Assembly: GCA_963827275.1 (NCBI GenBank)
Contig: CAWHAA010000005.1
Span: 448,001 to 512,000 of the forward strand
DNA length: 64,000 nucleotides
Reading direction: 5' to 3'
Origin: an uncultured Spirochaetota bacterium
GTDB lineage: Bacteria; Spirochaetota; UBA4802; UBA5550
Part shown: piece by piece, positions 10,272 to 20,852 of the stretch
Position numbering within the stretch: the stretch's first letter is position 1
How the letters are laid out: every line of letters begins with the position of its first letter
Notes under the pieces: model-generated
The model's database searches: none
Told to the model about the DNA's origin: nothing
Seen by the model: only the letters and a program-made list of their open reading frames with translations
Program-made: the position numbers and the translations under genes

Positions 10272-11171
10272 TCAAGAAAGCATTGCGCCGATATTGGAAA
10301 TCCTGAACCCGGAATTTACCTTTCCCCTCGGTATCATGTATCTATAATGATATTTTGGATAACCCACCATGATTCCACCGTAAACGCGCCTGGTTTTATC
10401 GATGCCCAATAAAGTGTTGATAGTTTTCGGTTTCTTTAAAGCCGCCGTAATCATATAGCCTGTCCAACAAGTGCCAAGACCCATTGCGGGCGCTAATAAT
10501 TCCATCCCACGTAAAGCAACTGCGCAGTTGATAGCGCCCAAAGGATTGTGCGCCAGATCATGCGCCAGAATCACAGACGGAGCATTCCGAAAGACCGCGC
10601 CTGGTATTTCATTATTTTCACGCCGATGCCGGAAGATATCATGGTAAGACGTGAGCCAGGAAGTAATTTCCGGACCGAATTTCCCAGCAAGGAGGTCGAA
10701 GATAAGGCCTTTTCCCGTGAAAAATTTCAAACCGGCATTCCAGCATATTTCATAAACTGTTTTTTCAATACTTCTGAGTTGTTCAATATCAGTGATGAGC
10801 ATAAATCGGACAGACTGAGTATTGGCCCCTGTTCCTCCGTAAGCGCCGACTTCAATCAGGTTATTCAAAGATTGTTCATCAACGGCCTTATCCTTGTATG
10901 ACCGAATCGACCGCCGCTGAACAATGTATTCCTTGAGTTTATCAGGCGGGATCTCGATCTTGTTTGATTCAATAAAATCCTTACGCGGCAGTTCCCTATG
11001 ATCAATTGCCGCTGCCGGACAAACAGCAACACAATGCCCACAGGACCTGCATTGATCCGGGTAGCGGACAAAGACCCTGGCACTCATTTTCTCCTTCCCA
11101 ATAACGTAATAGGGGCATACATCATAGCAGGCCAGGCAGTTGGTGCATAGATTTTCATTAATCGTTAACAT
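10272..11171 (-). CDS. Ferredoxin-nitroreductase fusion protein
   Basis: CTNCLACYDVCP, CRSCGHCVAVCP, RRSIRSY, GLGTCW, VGYP; GGAGG RBS before ATG 11171. Confidence 0.9.
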   Translation of the reverse strand: MLTINENLCTNCLACYDVCPYYVIGKEKMSARVFVRYPDQCRSCGHCVAVCPAAAIDHRELPRKDFIESNKIEIPPDKLKEYIVQRRSIRSYKDKAVDEQSLNNLIEVGAYGGTGANTQSVRFMLITDIEQLRSIEKTVYEICWNAGLKFFTGKGLIFDLLAGKFGPEITSWLTSYHDIFRHRRENNEIPGAVFRNAPSVILAHDLAHNPLGAINCAVALRGMELLAPAMGLGTCWTGYMITAALKKPKTINTLLGIDKTRRVYGGIMVGYPKYHYRYMIPRGKVNSGFRISNIGAMLS

Positions 11172-11230
11172 GGTTTTTCCTCCTGCGATCGAATTACGTT
11201 CCCAATGGAGCATGCGTCCCTATTCTGACC

Positions 11231-11620
11231 TCAACTTTTCTTTCTGCCCGGCGAGGCCTTGACGATATCAGGTCGTGAGGCTTCGCCAACATTCATGCGT
11301 CCGGCCCATCGCTCGGCCCAGGCGTTGAGCATCAGAATGATTTTACCCAGTGCGATTCCTTCCTCCGTGATGACGTACCCTTCCTTATCACGCTGAGCAA
11401 TGATCCCGGTCTCGCGTAATTCCGACAAACGCGTATTGAGAACCGTAGGGGAGATGTCCCCACAAAGCTTTTGCAGATCCCGGAAGCTGCTGGCTCCGTT
11501 TTGATTGAGTTCCCAGAGGATCCTCAGCGCCCATCGTCTTCCCAGAAGATCGAGCGCCGCCATGATCGGGCGTCCGGTGTTTGAGCTTCCGAGCTTTGCT
11601 CCCGGTTTTGGCGCAGCCAT
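11231..11620 (-). CDS. HxlR-family winged-helix regulator
   Basis: ALDLLGRRWALRILWEL, FRDLQ, ISPTVLNTRLSELRE; GGAGG RBS. Confidence 0.88.
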   Translation of the reverse strand: MAAPKPGAKLGSSNTGRPIMAALDLLGRRWALRILWELNQNGASSFRDLQKLCGDISPTVLNTRLSELRETGIIAQRDKEGYVITEEGIALGKIILMLNAWAERWAGRMNVGEASRPDIVKASPGRKKS

Positions 11621-11653
11621 AGCACCTCCATGAATTGATACTATTTGTGTAGC

Positions 11654-11691
11654 GCTACTATAATAGTAGCATACTGTCATCAATAAGTCAA
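11654..11691 (-). promoter_or_regulatory. Promoter of hxlR-nitroreductase with palindromic operator over the -10 box
   Basis: Minus strand TTGACT-17 bp-TACTAT; palindrome GCTACTAT-A-ATAGTAGC at 11654-11670. Confidence 0.65.
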
Positions 11692-11803
11692 GCGCGGGAT
11701 ACTATTTTTTAAAATTTCATGCAGGTGCAGAGCAAAAGGTGTGATTGCGGGACAACTGCCGGTGTGGTGTAAATGTTAAAAGCTCTCTGTCCAGTACTCT
11801 TTG

Positions 11804-11879
11804 TTATGTCGCTTTTCTGTACCAAATCATTACATTAAGCAGACAAGTGTCCAATAGTTTAAGTCCCATCTCACCTGCA
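11804..11879. repeat. Islet right-end repeat, copy 1 (att-like; includes antisense 21-codon ORF 11869->11804)
   Basis: Ungapped homology with 17158-17233; last 29 bp identical (CCAATAGTTTAAGTCCCATCTCACCTGCA). Confidence 0.9.
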
Positions 11880-12069
11880 TGCACAGAAAAGGCGGGGTTG
11901 CACGACCCCCGCCTGTATATTTGACCTTACCAACATGTATTCGCACAACTTATTGAACCTTCGCATATCCTGCATTTAGAAAAAATGAAATTTTTAACAA
12001 AATTTTAACGCATAACCGACCCATTCTTACATCACCAAAATAGTCAAATGCTGAAAATAATATTAGTAT

Positions 12070-12441
12070 TTGCATATGGCTATTAGTGAGCACTACTCTG
12101 ATAATAAATTTAGACTATCACATTTTGTGATAACAATTACCATAAGCGGGATAACCGCCAGCGAATATATCTATTATGAAAAAGAAAACATTATACGAGA
12201 GACCACACATCCGACAACAATTGATAAAAATGAGCGATCACTAATAATACAAATGAATTATATGCAAGGTAAAAACATTAGTCTTACATTGGATGATTTT
12301 ATAAACTTTTTCGAAAACCTGCCGGAATGGATCATGACCAGATATTATCAATTATATGATCACCACGATAATAGTAAATATATCAGTAAAATCAATTTAT
12401 TGAGTAAATATTCAACAATGAACATAGAGATGCGTAAATAA
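12070..12441 (+). CDS. Hypothetical protein (start uncertain)
   Basis: 123-codon ORF in AT-rich DNA, stop 1 bp before the ktrB start; no motif recognised. Confidence 0.4.
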   Translation: MHMAISEHYSDNKFRLSHFVITITISGITASEYIYYEKENIIRETTHPTTIDKNERSLIIQMNYMQGKNISLTLDDFINFFENLPEWIMTRYYQLYDHHDNSKYISKINLLSKYSTMNIEMRK

Positions 12442-12442
12442 C

Positions 12443-13789
12443 ATGAAGAAAAAGCATGTTACCCATAAAACATCTCCAATAACACTACTATCATCAGGAT
12501 ATGCAATTCTCATAGTGATAAGCGCCGGCATTCTCTCACTACCGTTTTCTTCGACAAAATCTGTTTTTACACCCTATCTTGATTCACTTTTTACCGCGAC
12601 ATCGGCGATTACAACAACCGGATTGATAGTATTTGATACGGGAACATATTATAATATGTTCGGGCAGATTATTATTCTATTATTATTTCAGATTGGTGGT
12701 CTGGGATATATGCTCTTTGTAATTCTGATATTTATTGTCTTTCAACAAAGAATATCCATACAAAGCAATCTCATGCTTCAGGAATCGATTAAAAAACCCC
12801 TCAAGGTAGATATTCTATACTTTTTAAAAATGATTATCCTGTTTACGATATTTATTGAAATTATTGGGGCAATAATTTTATCGCTTCTATTGTATCAATA
12901 TTTTCCCTTAAGCCATTCAATATATTCAGGAATATTTCATTCCATATCCGCTTTTAATACCGCTGGTTTTTCGATTTATCAGGATAGTTTCTGCAAATTC
13001 AGCGATAATATTTCCCTGAATATAGCCATAATTTGCATCAGCACTCTCGGCTCTCTTGGATTTTTTGTACTCTTTGATATTTATAAATATTACATGGAAA
13101 GATCAAAAGGAATAAAGAATATAAAATTATCAGTCCATTCACGGATAATACTTATTTGTACTATAACAATCCTGATAGCGGGGTCATTTCTTGTATTCAT
13201 TATTGAATATTACAGCAACAGTGCTCCGCTCAAATTCAAACTGTTATCCTCATTATTCCAGGTTTCCTCCGCGTCAACAACAACGGGTTTCAATTCAATT
13301 GATATAGGAAAGATGAATGAAAGCACACTGTTTTTAATTGTAATAATGATGTTCATCGGTGCCGGTTCAGGAGGAACAGGCGGAGGAATAAAAATGACCA
13401 CCCTGGTTGTCACGCTATTATCGGTTTATGCCATAATACGGAATAAGAATACCGTGAATATTTTTAAAAGAAGGTTGCCTTTTGAAATCATCAGAAACTC
13501 ATTCGCCATTTTCATATTATCAATATCATGGGTAACACTCATAACATATATTCTATCAATTACGGAAAACAAGGGATTTGTCAGTTTATTATTCGAGACA
13601 GGATCTGCGTTGGGGACTGTAGGATTATCTACCGGTATAACAGCCGATTTAAGCAGCATTGGTAAAGTATTGATTACTCTATCCATGTTTATCGGACGTA
13701 TAGGTCCCCTGGGTATTGGAATATCATTGCTTACAAGCGCCGAAGAACCCGGTTACAAATATTCCACTACTGACGTCTTTATTGGGTGA
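12443..13789 (+). CDS. ktrB: KtrB/TrkH-type K+ uptake membrane subunit
   Basis: Four pore-loop glycine motifs TTTGL, NTAGF, TTTGF, GTVGLSTG; MFIG..GGTGGGIK; MFIGRIG. Confidence 0.9.
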   Translation: MKKKHVTHKTSPITLLSSGYAILIVISAGILSLPFSSTKSVFTPYLDSLFTATSAITTTGLIVFDTGTYYNMFGQIIILLLFQIGGLGYMLFVILIFIVFQQRISIQSNLMLQESIKKPLKVDILYFLKMIILFTIFIEIIGAIILSLLLYQYFPLSHSIYSGIFHSISAFNTAGFSIYQDSFCKFSDNISLNIAIICISTLGSLGFFVLFDIYKYYMERSKGIKNIKLSVHSRIILICTITILIAGSFLVFIIEYYSNSAPLKFKLLSSLFQVSSASTTTGFNSIDIGKMNESTLFLIVIMMFIGAGSGGTGGGIKMTTLVVTLLSVYAIIRNKNTVNIFKRRLPFEIIRNSFAIFILSISWVTLITYILSITENKGFVSLLFETGSALGTVGLSTGITADLSSIGKVLITLSMFIGRIGPLGIGISLLTSAEEPGYKYSTTDVFIG

Positions 13790-13798
13790 GGATTATTC

Positions 13799-14452
13799 AT
13801 GAAACAGTTTTTAATTATTGGACTCGGGAATTTTGGGTATAATCTTGCCTGTGAACTATTTAAAATAGGCAATGAAGTAATCGTCGTTGACAGCAATGAA
13901 ACGCTGATCAATAAGATAAAGGAAAATGTTTCACACGCGATAATCGCAGACGCAAAGCAGGTTGATAATATCAAGGATTTCATCGGCAAAAAAACCGATG
14001 CCGTTATTTTAAACCTGGGCGAATCACTCGAAGAGACCGTTTTGGTAACACTTGCGGTGAAAAACCTTGGGGCAAAAAACATAATCGTGAAAGTGACAAA
14101 CGAGGAACACGGTATGATCGCAAAGAAACTCGGCGCAACGGAAATAATTATCCCGGAAAGGGATTATGCCAAACAAATGTCAAAAAAATTGACAAGCGAG
14201 AATTTACTTGATTATCTTCCTCTGTCGCCTGAATATGGGATCTATGAGATAGCCGTGCCGGATCATTTTACCGGTAAAAGGTTAAATGAATTGAATATTC
14301 GGAAAAAATATAATGTAAATGTAGTCGCGATAAAGGACATATTAAAAGACATTACTATTATCAATCCGGAACCTGATTTTAAATTTATACCGGATATGGT
14401 ACTATATTTATTAGGTAAAAGTGATGATATCATCAATTTGAAAAAAATGTAG
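13799..14452 (+). CDS. ktrA: KtrA/TrkA-type RCK regulatory subunit
   Basis: IIGLGNFG Rossmann motif, IIPE, RCK_C GKRLNELNIRKKYNVNVVAI. Confidence 0.9.
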   Translation: MKQFLIIGLGNFGYNLACELFKIGNEVIVVDSNETLINKIKENVSHAIIADAKQVDNIKDFIGKKTDAVILNLGESLEETVLVTLAVKNLGAKNIIVKVTNEEHGMIAKKLGATEIIIPERDYAKQMSKKLTSENLLDYLPLSPEYGIYEIAVPDHFTGKRLNELNIRKKYNVNVVAIKDILKDITIINPEPDFKFIPDMVLYLLGKSDDIINLKKM

Positions 14453-14492
14453 CTCCATAGAAAAAAATAATAACATTAAATGGAGTAAATCA

Positions 14493-16436
14493 TTGAAGGC
14501 TTCACCAGGTTTTATAGTTGCCATAAGCCCAAGCCCCTATTCCCAGCATCTGATCAAATGGACGCAGAAAACCGCCGTTGAGCAAAATCTCCCCTGGGTG
14601 GCGGTATATATTCAAACCAGCAAAGAACTTACGAATGAAGAGAATACCCTGCTTAAAAAAAACATACAGCTGGTCAAAGACCTTGGAGGGGAATTATTAT
14701 CGTCAATGGATGACAATGTCCCGCTGGCAATCATGCGCATAGCAAGGCAGCGTACTATTTCACACATAGTAGTAGGTAAACCGCTTGGTTATAAATCTTC
14801 TGGAATAATGAACAAAACGAATATTATTGACACACTAATAAGTATTAGCGGCGAAATTGATATATTTGTCATTTCCGAACAGAGTGTCAGACCGGAAAAG
14901 AGAAAAAGTGTATCTGTTTTTATTCGTAATTTATTATCAGGAAACAAGATTGAATATTTCCATGTTATTTTATGGCTGCTCATCATCATTATAATCAATC
15001 TGTATTTAATCAGATATATAAGCTATCTGTCGGTTGGTTTTATCTTTCTGGCCGCCGTTGCCGTTGTCTCCTCATATTACAAAAAAGGCCCTGTATTATT
15101 ATTCGCCAGTATCAGTGCAGTATTATGGAATTTTTTATTTATCAAACCACGATTTACCATTTATATAGACCATCTCGAAGATCTCTTTATGTTTCTTATG
15201 TATTTTATTACAGCATTTATTATTGGCAATCTTACAACAAAGCTACGCCTCAAAGAAATATTCCTGAGAAAGAGGGAAAAGAATCTTGAAGAACTGTACA
15301 TGATGGGTAAAATTCTCAATGAGTCCAACAATCTGGATGAGATTTTAGATAAATCAACAGCTTTGCTCAGAAATATTTTTAATGCTAAAATTTCGGTATT
15401 TCTAATACCTGATAACGATACTCTTTCATTACTGCCGCGCAGGGGAAACGACTTTACCTTTCCGGAGAATGAACGAGAAGCAATTCTCTATTGTTTTGAA
15501 AACAAAAAACCTTCAGGTAAAAACACCAGTATCATGAGTGGATCGAAATACCATTATATCCCCCTGCACAATCACAGCATTCAGGCGGGCGTTTTGGCCA
15601 TTGATTATAATGACAAAAGCGGATTATCAATTGAACAGGAAAACCTGTTGTTTGCCCTTGTGTCTCAAATAACATCTGCCCTGGAGAGAGACGAGTTTAT
15701 TAAAACACAGCAAAAAATAAAATTAGCGGAAGAATCAGAACGATTATACCAGATATTGCTCAATTCAGTATCGCATGAACTTCGGACGCCCATCACAACA
15801 ATATCAACATCGGCCAATGGCCTGGTAGATGAAAAACTTGCTCAAAATGAGGAGGTACGAAAAATTTTCGCGACCGATATTATTGAATCATCGGACCGTT
15901 TAAATCGAATAGTCGACAATCTTCTTGGTTCATTGCGGATTAAAAGTGAAAAGATTATACTCAATCTTGAATGGTATGATATATCCGAACTGGCGAGTCA
16001 TGTTCAGGGGAAACTTCACAATCTACTTAAGAATCATAATTTTATCGTAAAAATAGACAATTCAATACCCACGTTAAAATTTGATTTCACGCTTATGGAG
16101 CAACTATTGACAAACCTGATTTACAATGCCATACTATATACGCCGCAGGGCAGCGAGATACAATTGAATATTGAGGCGGATCAAAATATGATATACATAT
16201 CAGTTATTGATAATGGACCTGGAATACCCGACGATGAAAAAGATAAAGTATTTCAGAAGTTCTATCGGGTAAAATCAATTAAAAAAGGCGGCCTTGGGCT
16301 TGGACTATCTATTTGCAAAGAAATCGCCGAAATCCACAAGGGCTCAATTAACGTTACGACAGGTTCAGCCGGAGGAGCGCATTTTACTGTCACATTGCCC
16401 CTGCAACAAAGCACTGTACATGGTGAATTACAATGA
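14493..16436 (+). CDS. kdpD: KdpD-like sensor histidine kinase lacking the N-terminal KdpD domain
   Basis: TTG start; Usp-like domain, 4 TM helices (WNFLFIKPRFT), GAF-like region, SVSHELRTP, DNGPGI, GLGLGLSIC. Confidence 0.82.
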   Translation: MKASPGFIVAISPSPYSQHLIKWTQKTAVEQNLPWVAVYIQTSKELTNEENTLLKKNIQLVKDLGGELLSSMDDNVPLAIMRIARQRTISHIVVGKPLGYKSSGIMNKTNIIDTLISISGEIDIFVISEQSVRPEKRKSVSVFIRNLLSGNKIEYFHVILWLLIIIIINLYLIRYISYLSVGFIFLAAVAVVSSYYKKGPVLLFASISAVLWNFLFIKPRFTIYIDHLEDLFMFLMYFITAFIIGNLTTKLRLKEIFLRKREKNLEELYMMGKILNESNNLDEILDKSTALLRNIFNAKISVFLIPDNDTLSLLPRRGNDFTFPENEREAILYCFENKKPSGKNTSIMSGSKYHYIPLHNHSIQAGVLAIDYNDKSGLSIEQENLLFALVSQITSALERDEFIKTQQKIKLAEESERLYQILLNSVSHELRTPITTISTSANGLVDEKLAQNEEVRKIFATDIIESSDRLNRIVDNLLGSLRIKSEKIILNLEWYDISELASHVQGKLHNLLKNHNFIVKIDNSIPTLKFDFTLMEQLLTNLIYNAILYTPQGSEIQLNIEADQNMIYISVIDNGPGIPDDEKDKVFQKFYRVKSIKKGGLGLGLSICKEIAEIHKGSINVTTGSAGGAHFTVTLPLQQSTVHGELQ

Positions 16437-17125
16437 AAGAAGGCGGTCTCATTCTTGTTGTTGACGACGAAACTCAAATCCGGAGATTTTTAAAAATCAG
16501 CCTGGAATCAAATGGTTATAAAGTTATTGAAGCTGACACCGGTGAAGAAGGAATAACCCAAACCGCCACAATTACTCCTGATATAATAATACTCGATCTC
16601 GGCCTGCCTGACATGGATGGACTTGATTTTGTAAAAAGAGTCCGGGAGTGGAGCACCATTCCAATTATAATATTAACGGTGAAGGATTCAGAAAAAGACA
16701 AAGTGATTCTTCTTGATAACGGCGCTGACGATTATCTGACCAAACCATTCAGCCTGAATGAACTTATGGCAAGAATACGGGTCGCATTCAGGCACAAACA
16801 CTCTGACAAGGGCACTCAGGTTTTCAAATCGGGAAAAATATCTATCGATTTTGATAAACGCATCGTAAAGGTAAATGATGAAAAGATAAAACTTACCCCG
16901 AAGGAATATGCTGTTTTAACCCTGCTTGCGAGAAACGCCGGTAAAGTTCTGACCCAGAATTATATACTTAAAGAATTATGGGGACCGTATTATCAAGAAG
17001 AATCACAATATTTAAGAATCTATATAATGCAAATCAGAAAGAAAATTGAAGATAATCCAAGTAATCCGACAATTATCATAACTGAACCGGGGATTGGTTA
17101 TAGATTTGTTGCTGACTATGATTGA
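16433..17125 (+). CDS. kdpE: KdpE-like OmpR-family response regulator
   Basis: VVDDETQIRRFL, LDLGLPDMDG, GADDYLTKPF, YLRIYIMQIRKKIEDNPSNP..IITEPGIGYRF; ATGA overlap with kdpD. Confidence 0.88.
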   Translation: MKEGGLILVVDDETQIRRFLKISLESNGYKVIEADTGEEGITQTATITPDIIILDLGLPDMDGLDFVKRVREWSTIPIIILTVKDSEKDKVILLDNGADDYLTKPFSLNELMARIRVAFRHKHSDKGTQVFKSGKISIDFDKRIVKVNDEKIKLTPKEYAVLTLLARNAGKVLTQNYILKELWGPYYQEESQYLRIYIMQIRKKIEDNPSNPTIIITEPGIGYRFVADYD

Positions 17126-17157
17126 TTTCATCATTTGGATAATCAGCAAACTCAATA

Positions 17158-17233
17158 TCAAGCCGCTTTCCTGTACCAGATAATGACATTCAGCAACGAA
17201 ATGCCCAATAGTTTAAGTCCCATCTCACCTGCA
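17158..17233. repeat. Islet right-end repeat, copy 2 (att-like; includes antisense 21-codon ORF 17223->17158)
   Basis: Homologous to 11804-11879; ends in TCACCTGCA like tRNA-Trp. Confidence 0.9.
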
Positions 17234-17241
17234 GACGAAAC

Positions 17242-17267
17242 CAGGAGGCGGGAGTTCCCGCCTCCTG
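17242..17267. terminator. GC hairpin downstream of katG (possibly the pre-insertion tRNA terminator)
   Basis: CAGGAGGCGGGA-GT-TCCCGCCTCCTG. Confidence 0.7.
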
Positions 17268-17299
17268 TCATTTTCAGAAAGATTGTCGACCCGCGCATG

Positions 17300-19489
<2,190 letters not shown>

Positions 19490-19960
19490 TTATTCCTTTA
19501 CCTGCGTTGTCAAAAAAACCTGGATCGACATCTGTTCTATCTGGCTCTGCAGCTCCTCGATGCCGTCCATGTGCGCGTCTTCGTCATTCAGTATCTGCTG
19601 GAGAAAATCGCGGGTCGCGAAATCCTTTACCTCGCCGGCAAGAATGATGGCCTCATTATATGCTTTTATGGCCCCCTCCTCAGCGGCGTGGTCGTTGGCC
19701 AGCTGCTTGTCCACCTTGTCCCCGATCATGATCTTGTTCAGCAGGCTGACCGTCGGCGTGCCTTCAAGGAACAGGATGCGGCCGATGAGCTTCTCCGCGT
19801 GCTTCATCTCGTCGATGGCGCGCTTCTCGAAATGCTTGTGGAGCTTTTCGTACCCCCAGTCGTCGCACATCTCCGAATGGACCATGTACTGGTTGATCGC
19901 CGTCAGCTCGTCAGCCAGCAGCGTATTGAGAGTAGTTAATAATTTTTCGTTGCCTTTCAT
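19490..19960 (-). CDS. bfr: Bacterioferritin
   Basis: MKGNEK..LADELTAINQY.VH, DEMKHA (haem-ligand Met), RILFLEG, DEDAH; GGGAGGGAG RBS. Confidence 0.93.
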   Translation of the reverse strand: MKGNEKLLTTLNTLLADELTAINQYMVHSEMCDDWGYEKLHKHFEKRAIDEMKHAEKLIGRILFLEGTPTVSLLNKIMIGDKVDKQLANDHAAEEGAIKAYNEAIILAGEVKDFATRDFLQQILNDEDAHMDGIEELQSQIEQMSIQVFLTTQVKE

Positions 19961-20019
19961 CACTCCCTCCCATTGATTGGTTTTAATTATAATAAGTCCG
20001 GATGGCCGTCGCCGAATGG

Positions 20020-20418
20020 TCAGCCTTTTTTTCTCTTCATGCATTTATCGCACGTGCCGTGAAATTGGATCGTATGGCCCGAAATGCTGTGCCGCGACAT
20101 TCCACGGGCCTTTTTCATTATGATATCCAGGGGCTGCATGGGAAAATCGGTCACGGTTTTACAGGTGTCACATATAAAGTGATAATGCAATCCCGGGATG
20201 GCATCGTAATGCTCAATACCGTCGTTGAACTCCCTGCGGGTTACGCGCCCCTCCTCAACCAGAATGTTGATATTGCGATACACGTTGCCGAGGCTGATGG
20301 ACGGCATCTCCTTTTTCAGGGCCTCGTATACGCTGCGCGCGGTCGGATGGTCCATCCGGGACCGTATGAACTCATAGATCCTTTCGCGCTGTATGCTTTT
20401 GCGACGGACGGATTTCAT
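20020..20418 (-). CDS. perR: Fur-family regulator, probably PerR-like
   Basis: HPTA..VY, ISLGNVYRN, HYHFICDTC, C-terminal CDKC; first gene of the fur-bfr-katG unit. Confidence 0.8.
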   Translation of the reverse strand: MKSVRRKSIQRERIYEFIRSRMDHPTARSVYEALKKEMPSISLGNVYRNINILVEEGRVTRREFNDGIEHYDAIPGLHYHFICDTCKTVTDFPMQPLDIIMKKARGMSRHSISGHTIQFHGTCDKCMKRKKG

Positions 20419-20420
20419 AT

Positions 20421-20435
20421 TAATAATGATTCTTA
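20421..20435. promoter_or_regulatory. Per/Fur box-like 7-1-7 inverted repeat at the perR start
   Basis: TAATAAT-G-ATTCTTA, similar to the TTATAAT-n-ATTATAA Per box. Confidence 0.55.
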
Positions 20436-20852
20436 ATATTAAGAAATTTAATATTAAATGTCAATTGAATCAGGAAAAAAAATACCCGGCGTCTGTTTTT
20501 TTATTTGAAATTATGACCTGCATTAAAATCTTATCAATTGATATTGTGGTGCCTATAAAAATAGATATTATTTAATCATGTAACAATTGTTTTTGATTTT
20601 TCAGCTGTTAATCTTTGATTATAGTAGCACCTGATAAATGCGCAGTTTTCAATATTGGCCAATGAAATTTAAGGCCTCCGCCCGGTGCCGGCAAAGATGC
20701 GGTATTTTCCTCAAATTCTTCATCAAACGTGTCCCGAGATAATGAAATCACACATTGCCATTTCCCAGATATAAAAAATAATCAGATGAACAACTATGAT
20801 CTTCGGGTGCATTTACAAATTTATCAGAGTCTATTTTAATTCTTATTTCATA

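Larger units (their letters stand above)
9171..11879. mobile_element. Genomic islet 1 at the tRNA-Trp 3' end (no integrase)
   Basis: AT-rich; bounded by TCACCTGCATGC at the tRNA end (9164-9175) and at 11871-11882; carries a TA pair, nitroreductase and HxlR. Confidence 0.7.
11880..17233. mobile_element. Genomic islet 2 (K+ uptake and two-component system), in tandem with islet 1 (no integrase)
   Basis: Very AT-rich; left end AAAAGGCGGGGTTGCACGACCCCCGCCT resembles the hairpin after the tRNA; right end is repeat copy 2. Confidence 0.7.

Noticed and set aside
10009..10275. Overlapping 84-85 aa ORFs on opposite strands inside islet 1
   Set aside because: No motif or clear RBS; cannot tell which, if either, is real
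11718..11881. 10-bp inverted repeat CATGCAGGTG / CACCTGCATG suggesting a MITE or invertible segment
   Set aside because: Short, no target-site duplication, and absent from the second copy near 17233; may be chance
11915..12070. c-di-AMP (ydaO) riboswitch upstream of ktr genes, also checked upstream of the 3D-domain gene
   Set aside because: No GCTGAA...GGGGGA...CCCG.CAGCT consensus elements visible
11804..17267. Integron attC sites
   Set aside because: Repeats lack the RYYYAAC...GTTRRRY inverted-core structure and no intI is present; they fit tRNA-derived att sites better
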